Source of the DNA: Gammaproteobacteria bacterium
Lineage (GTDB): Bacteria; Pseudomonadota; Gammaproteobacteria; UBA4575
DNA: 64,000 nucleotides
Direction of reading: 5' to 3'
Assembly: GCA_965243395.1 (NCBI GenBank)
Contig: CBDEUS010000002.1
Location: 576,001 to 640,000, forward strand
Below are positions 61,789 to 64,000 of this stretch, one piece after another (the first letter of the stretch is position 1; each line of letters starts with the position of its first letter). The translations under genes were made by a program, and so were the position numbers. The notes beneath the pieces were generated by a model. The model had not been told where the DNA came from. It was given only the letters and a program-made list of their open reading frames with translations, and ran no database searches.

Positions 61789-62955
61789 TTGATTGATATA
61801 TCAATAATCCTGAATCATGTTAGTGCTATGGCAAAAAGTCACAAACATTTTTCAAAATTTAAGCTATTAAGTTATGTATTAGCAGTAATAGTTGCATTTC
61901 TGTTTTTAGAAGTCTCTGCACGTTTCTACTTTAGCTCAACAGATCTTTTATACCTGCCATACTATGGTTTGTCGAACGAGCAACATAATTTTTTAATATG
62001 GAAAAATCGTCCAGAAAATAATAAATACAGTACAACAACGAGTCCGTACGCTTTTGATATTCATGATGAGCAACTTGGCTGGAAAGTTAAACCTAATGCT
62101 AAGGTAAAACATATCAAACCTGGCTTGTGGGATGTATCAATCTCCACAAATAAGCATGGTCTTCGTGGTAAAAACCCAGATGATTTACTTAATTTAAATA
62201 ATACCATCAGAATTGGTTTTATTGGAGCTTCGCAAACTTTTGGTGAATCGGTAAATGATAACGAAGTTTATGTCTCCCTGTTAGACAAAAAACTAGCAAA
62301 TGCTCAAGTAATAAACTTTGGTGTACGCGGTTACGGTACAGATCAAATGCTGCTTTATTATGAAAATGAAATTAAAGATTATGCATTGGATGTAGTAGTC
62401 TTAGCTTTTGCGTTTCATCATATACCTAGAAATATAAGCAGCTTTACTTTTTATGCAAAGCCATATTTTGTGAGAAACGAGACAGGCCTTAGCCTTGCAG
62501 GTTCGCCTATTCCTAATCAATATGATCTTTTTGATCATGATGCTGAAGTCGATCAAATTCCATTTATAAATAAAAGTGTAATAATGCGGGTAATTTTAAA
62601 ATACTTTAGGAATTACCAGGAGAATAGTATTTATACTGAGAACAGCAAAGTGTGGGAACTTACAAAAACCGTAATAAAACACTTTGCCAATTCTGTGCAA
62701 CTAAATAATACACACTTCATTTTGTTAAATATTGAACATAACTACTCACAGTTAGAAAAAGACTTTGAAAGCTTAGGAAAAGAGCTTGGTATTTATACTA
62801 TAAATTTAGGGCCAACAATCCGTAAATCATTAGCGGCAGGCGAAGAAATTCAAATACATAAAGATAATCATTGGTCCGCCTTGGGACATGAAAAGATTGC
62901 AGACGCTATCTATACAGAATTATGCAACATCAAGCAGGTAGTTAAATGTATTTAA
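61789..62955 (+). CDS. SGNH/GDSL hydrolase-family membrane-anchored protein
   Basis: N-terminal TM, LGW, NKHGLRG, GASQTFG (block I), NFGVRGYGTDQ, DNHWSALGH. Confidence 0.85.
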   Translation: MIDISIILNHVSAMAKSHKHFSKFKLLSYVLAVIVAFLFLEVSARFYFSSTDLLYLPYYGLSNEQHNFLIWKNRPENNKYSTTTSPYAFDIHDEQLGWKVKPNAKVKHIKPGLWDVSISTNKHGLRGKNPDDLLNLNNTIRIGFIGASQTFGESVNDNEVYVSLLDKKLANAQVINFGVRGYGTDQMLLYYENEIKDYALDVVVLAFAFHHIPRNISSFTFYAKPYFVRNETGLSLAGSPIPNQYDLFDHDAEVDQIPFINKSVIMRVILKYFRNYQENSIYTENSKVWELTKTVIKHFANSVQLNNTHFILLNIEHNYSQLEKDFESLGKELGIYTINLGPTIRKSLAAGEEIQIHKDNHWSALGHEKIADAIYTELCNIKQVVKCI

Positions 62956-62970
62956 AAAGATGTTTATGCT

Positions 62971-63153
62971 TTAAAATAGTGTATACACAAACGGCGCAAC
63001 AATCGGTACAGCTTGCGCAAGTATGAAGAAGAATGACAATGGTAATAGAATAATGACTAAGGGAATAAGCCACCAATAACCACTTTTATGTAAACCTACA
63101 ATAAGCTCTAAGAGAGTGCTTAAATAAGTATTCGTTGATTGCGTTAATTTCAT
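62971..63153 (-). CDS. DUF5989 / SxtK-like small membrane protein
   Basis: YWWLIPL...APFVYTLF C-terminus; directly downstream of a carbamoyltransferase. Confidence 0.8.
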   Translation of the reverse strand: MKLTQSTNTYLSTLLELIVGLHKSGYWWLIPLVIILLPLSFFFILAQAVPIVAPFVYTLF

Positions 63154-63180
63154 TTTGTTTGATTATTTGCGTACCATAAC

Positions 63181-64000
63181 TTAAACGTATACACGGTTTT
63201 CTACTACCAAACAGTCTAACTGGCTTTTTTGCAAAAGATCAAATGCTTGCTTTTCGCCTCTGACCATTGGTTGACCTTGAAGATTTAGAGAAGTATTCAA
63301 TAGTATCGGAATACCTGTTTCTTCTCCAAATCTTGAAATTAATTTATGAAACAATGGGTCAATATCTTTATCCACAACTTGCACTCTGGCGGTGTTGTCG
63401 ATATGTAAAGCTGCAGGCATAGAGCCCATTTTATCTTCTAGTGCAGATACTGATAACAGCATGAACAGAACAGCCGAATCGCCTCCTTTTGGAAGTTTGA
63501 AAAACTTACCTGCATGCTCTTTTGTGATGGCAGGAGCAAACGGTCTAAACATTTCTCGATGCTTTATGTTTTTATTAATATGTTGCTTCATTTCTACATT
63601 ACGTGGGTCGGTTATCAAACTACGGTGTCCTAAGCTACGAGGACCCCATTCAAATTTCCCTTGTACCCAGCCAACAGTTTCTTGGTTTACTAGCTTGTGA
63701 ATGACATTGTCAATTAACTTATCTTCATCAGACATTTCTTCCGAAAGCGCTTGAAGCATATCAGTTGTCGTCGCTTGGACACTTTCACCTAAAAAAGCAT
63801 GTTTTTGTGTAAAACGTTTTTTTTCATTTAGTTCAACATGATAAATATATAAAGCTGCACCAAGTGCACCACCCGCATCTCCTGCTGCAGGTTGAATAAA
63901 AATATTTTCAAAGGGGCTTTGTTCCAATATTTTACTATTGGCGACCACGTTTAATGCCACACCGCCAGCTAGACATAAGTTTTTTGAAGGAACTTGAAGG
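63181..64000 (-). CDS. Carbamoyltransferase, NodU/CmcH family (3' part; continues beyond the window)
   Basis: Frame open to the window edge (LQVPSKNLCLAGGVALN); QPAAGDAG, EWGPRSLGHRS, FRPFAP, TARVQ, LLNTS.N. Confidence 0.93.
   Translation of the reverse strand, partial: LQVPSKNLCLAGGVALNVVANSKILEQSPFENIFIQPAAGDAGGALGAALYIYHVELNEKKRFTQKHAFLGESVQATTTDMLQALSEEMSDEDKLIDNVIHKLVNQETVGWVQGKFEWGPRSLGHRSLITDPRNVEMKQHINKNIKHREMFRPFAPAITKEHAGKFFKLPKGGDSAVLFMLLSVSALEDKMGSMPAALHIDNTARVQVVDKDIDPLFHKLISRFGEETGIPILLNTSLNLQGQPMVRGEKQAFDLLQKSQLDCLVVENRVYV

Noticed and set aside
61789-64000. Saxitoxin biosynthesis
   Set aside because: Only widespread sxtI/K/L-like families are present; no sxtA, sxtG or other core genes in the window.

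Overview
AT-rich gammaproteobacterial chromosome segment, mostly core genes in conserved order: ftsE(partial)-ftsY, M16 peptidase pair-rsmD-coaD-ggt, mutM, Gld-like ABC transporter, desA, rpmBG, folBK, cca, trxA-rho, purD/purH-fis-dusB-prmA-accCB-aroQ, dsbD-cutA-fxsA-groESL, ampD, gshA and a fused selD. No rRNA, tRNA, CRISPR array, integrase or transposase was recognised. The stand-out locus is 27396-34738. It holds a 2145-aa secreted protein that fuses an intact copper-radical oxidase (galactose-oxidase/GlxA-like) to a YVTN beta-propeller and a di-haem cytochrome c peroxidase-like domain, joined by a stalk of Ig-like and CBM-like modules that appear nucleotide-identical (about 2.5 x 1017 bp). 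The gene lies between purD and an unannotated, internally deleted second purD copy with a different C-terminus, so it looks like a purD-anchored cassette. Other non-ORF signals: a 126-bp ERIC-like miniature inverted-repeat element abutting purH, a perfect CIRCE box before groES, a twin TetR operator, a candidate ECF promoter for an insert encoding an EHAG-repeat peptide, and a candidate sRNA. All calls come from reading the sequence by eye; no searches were run.
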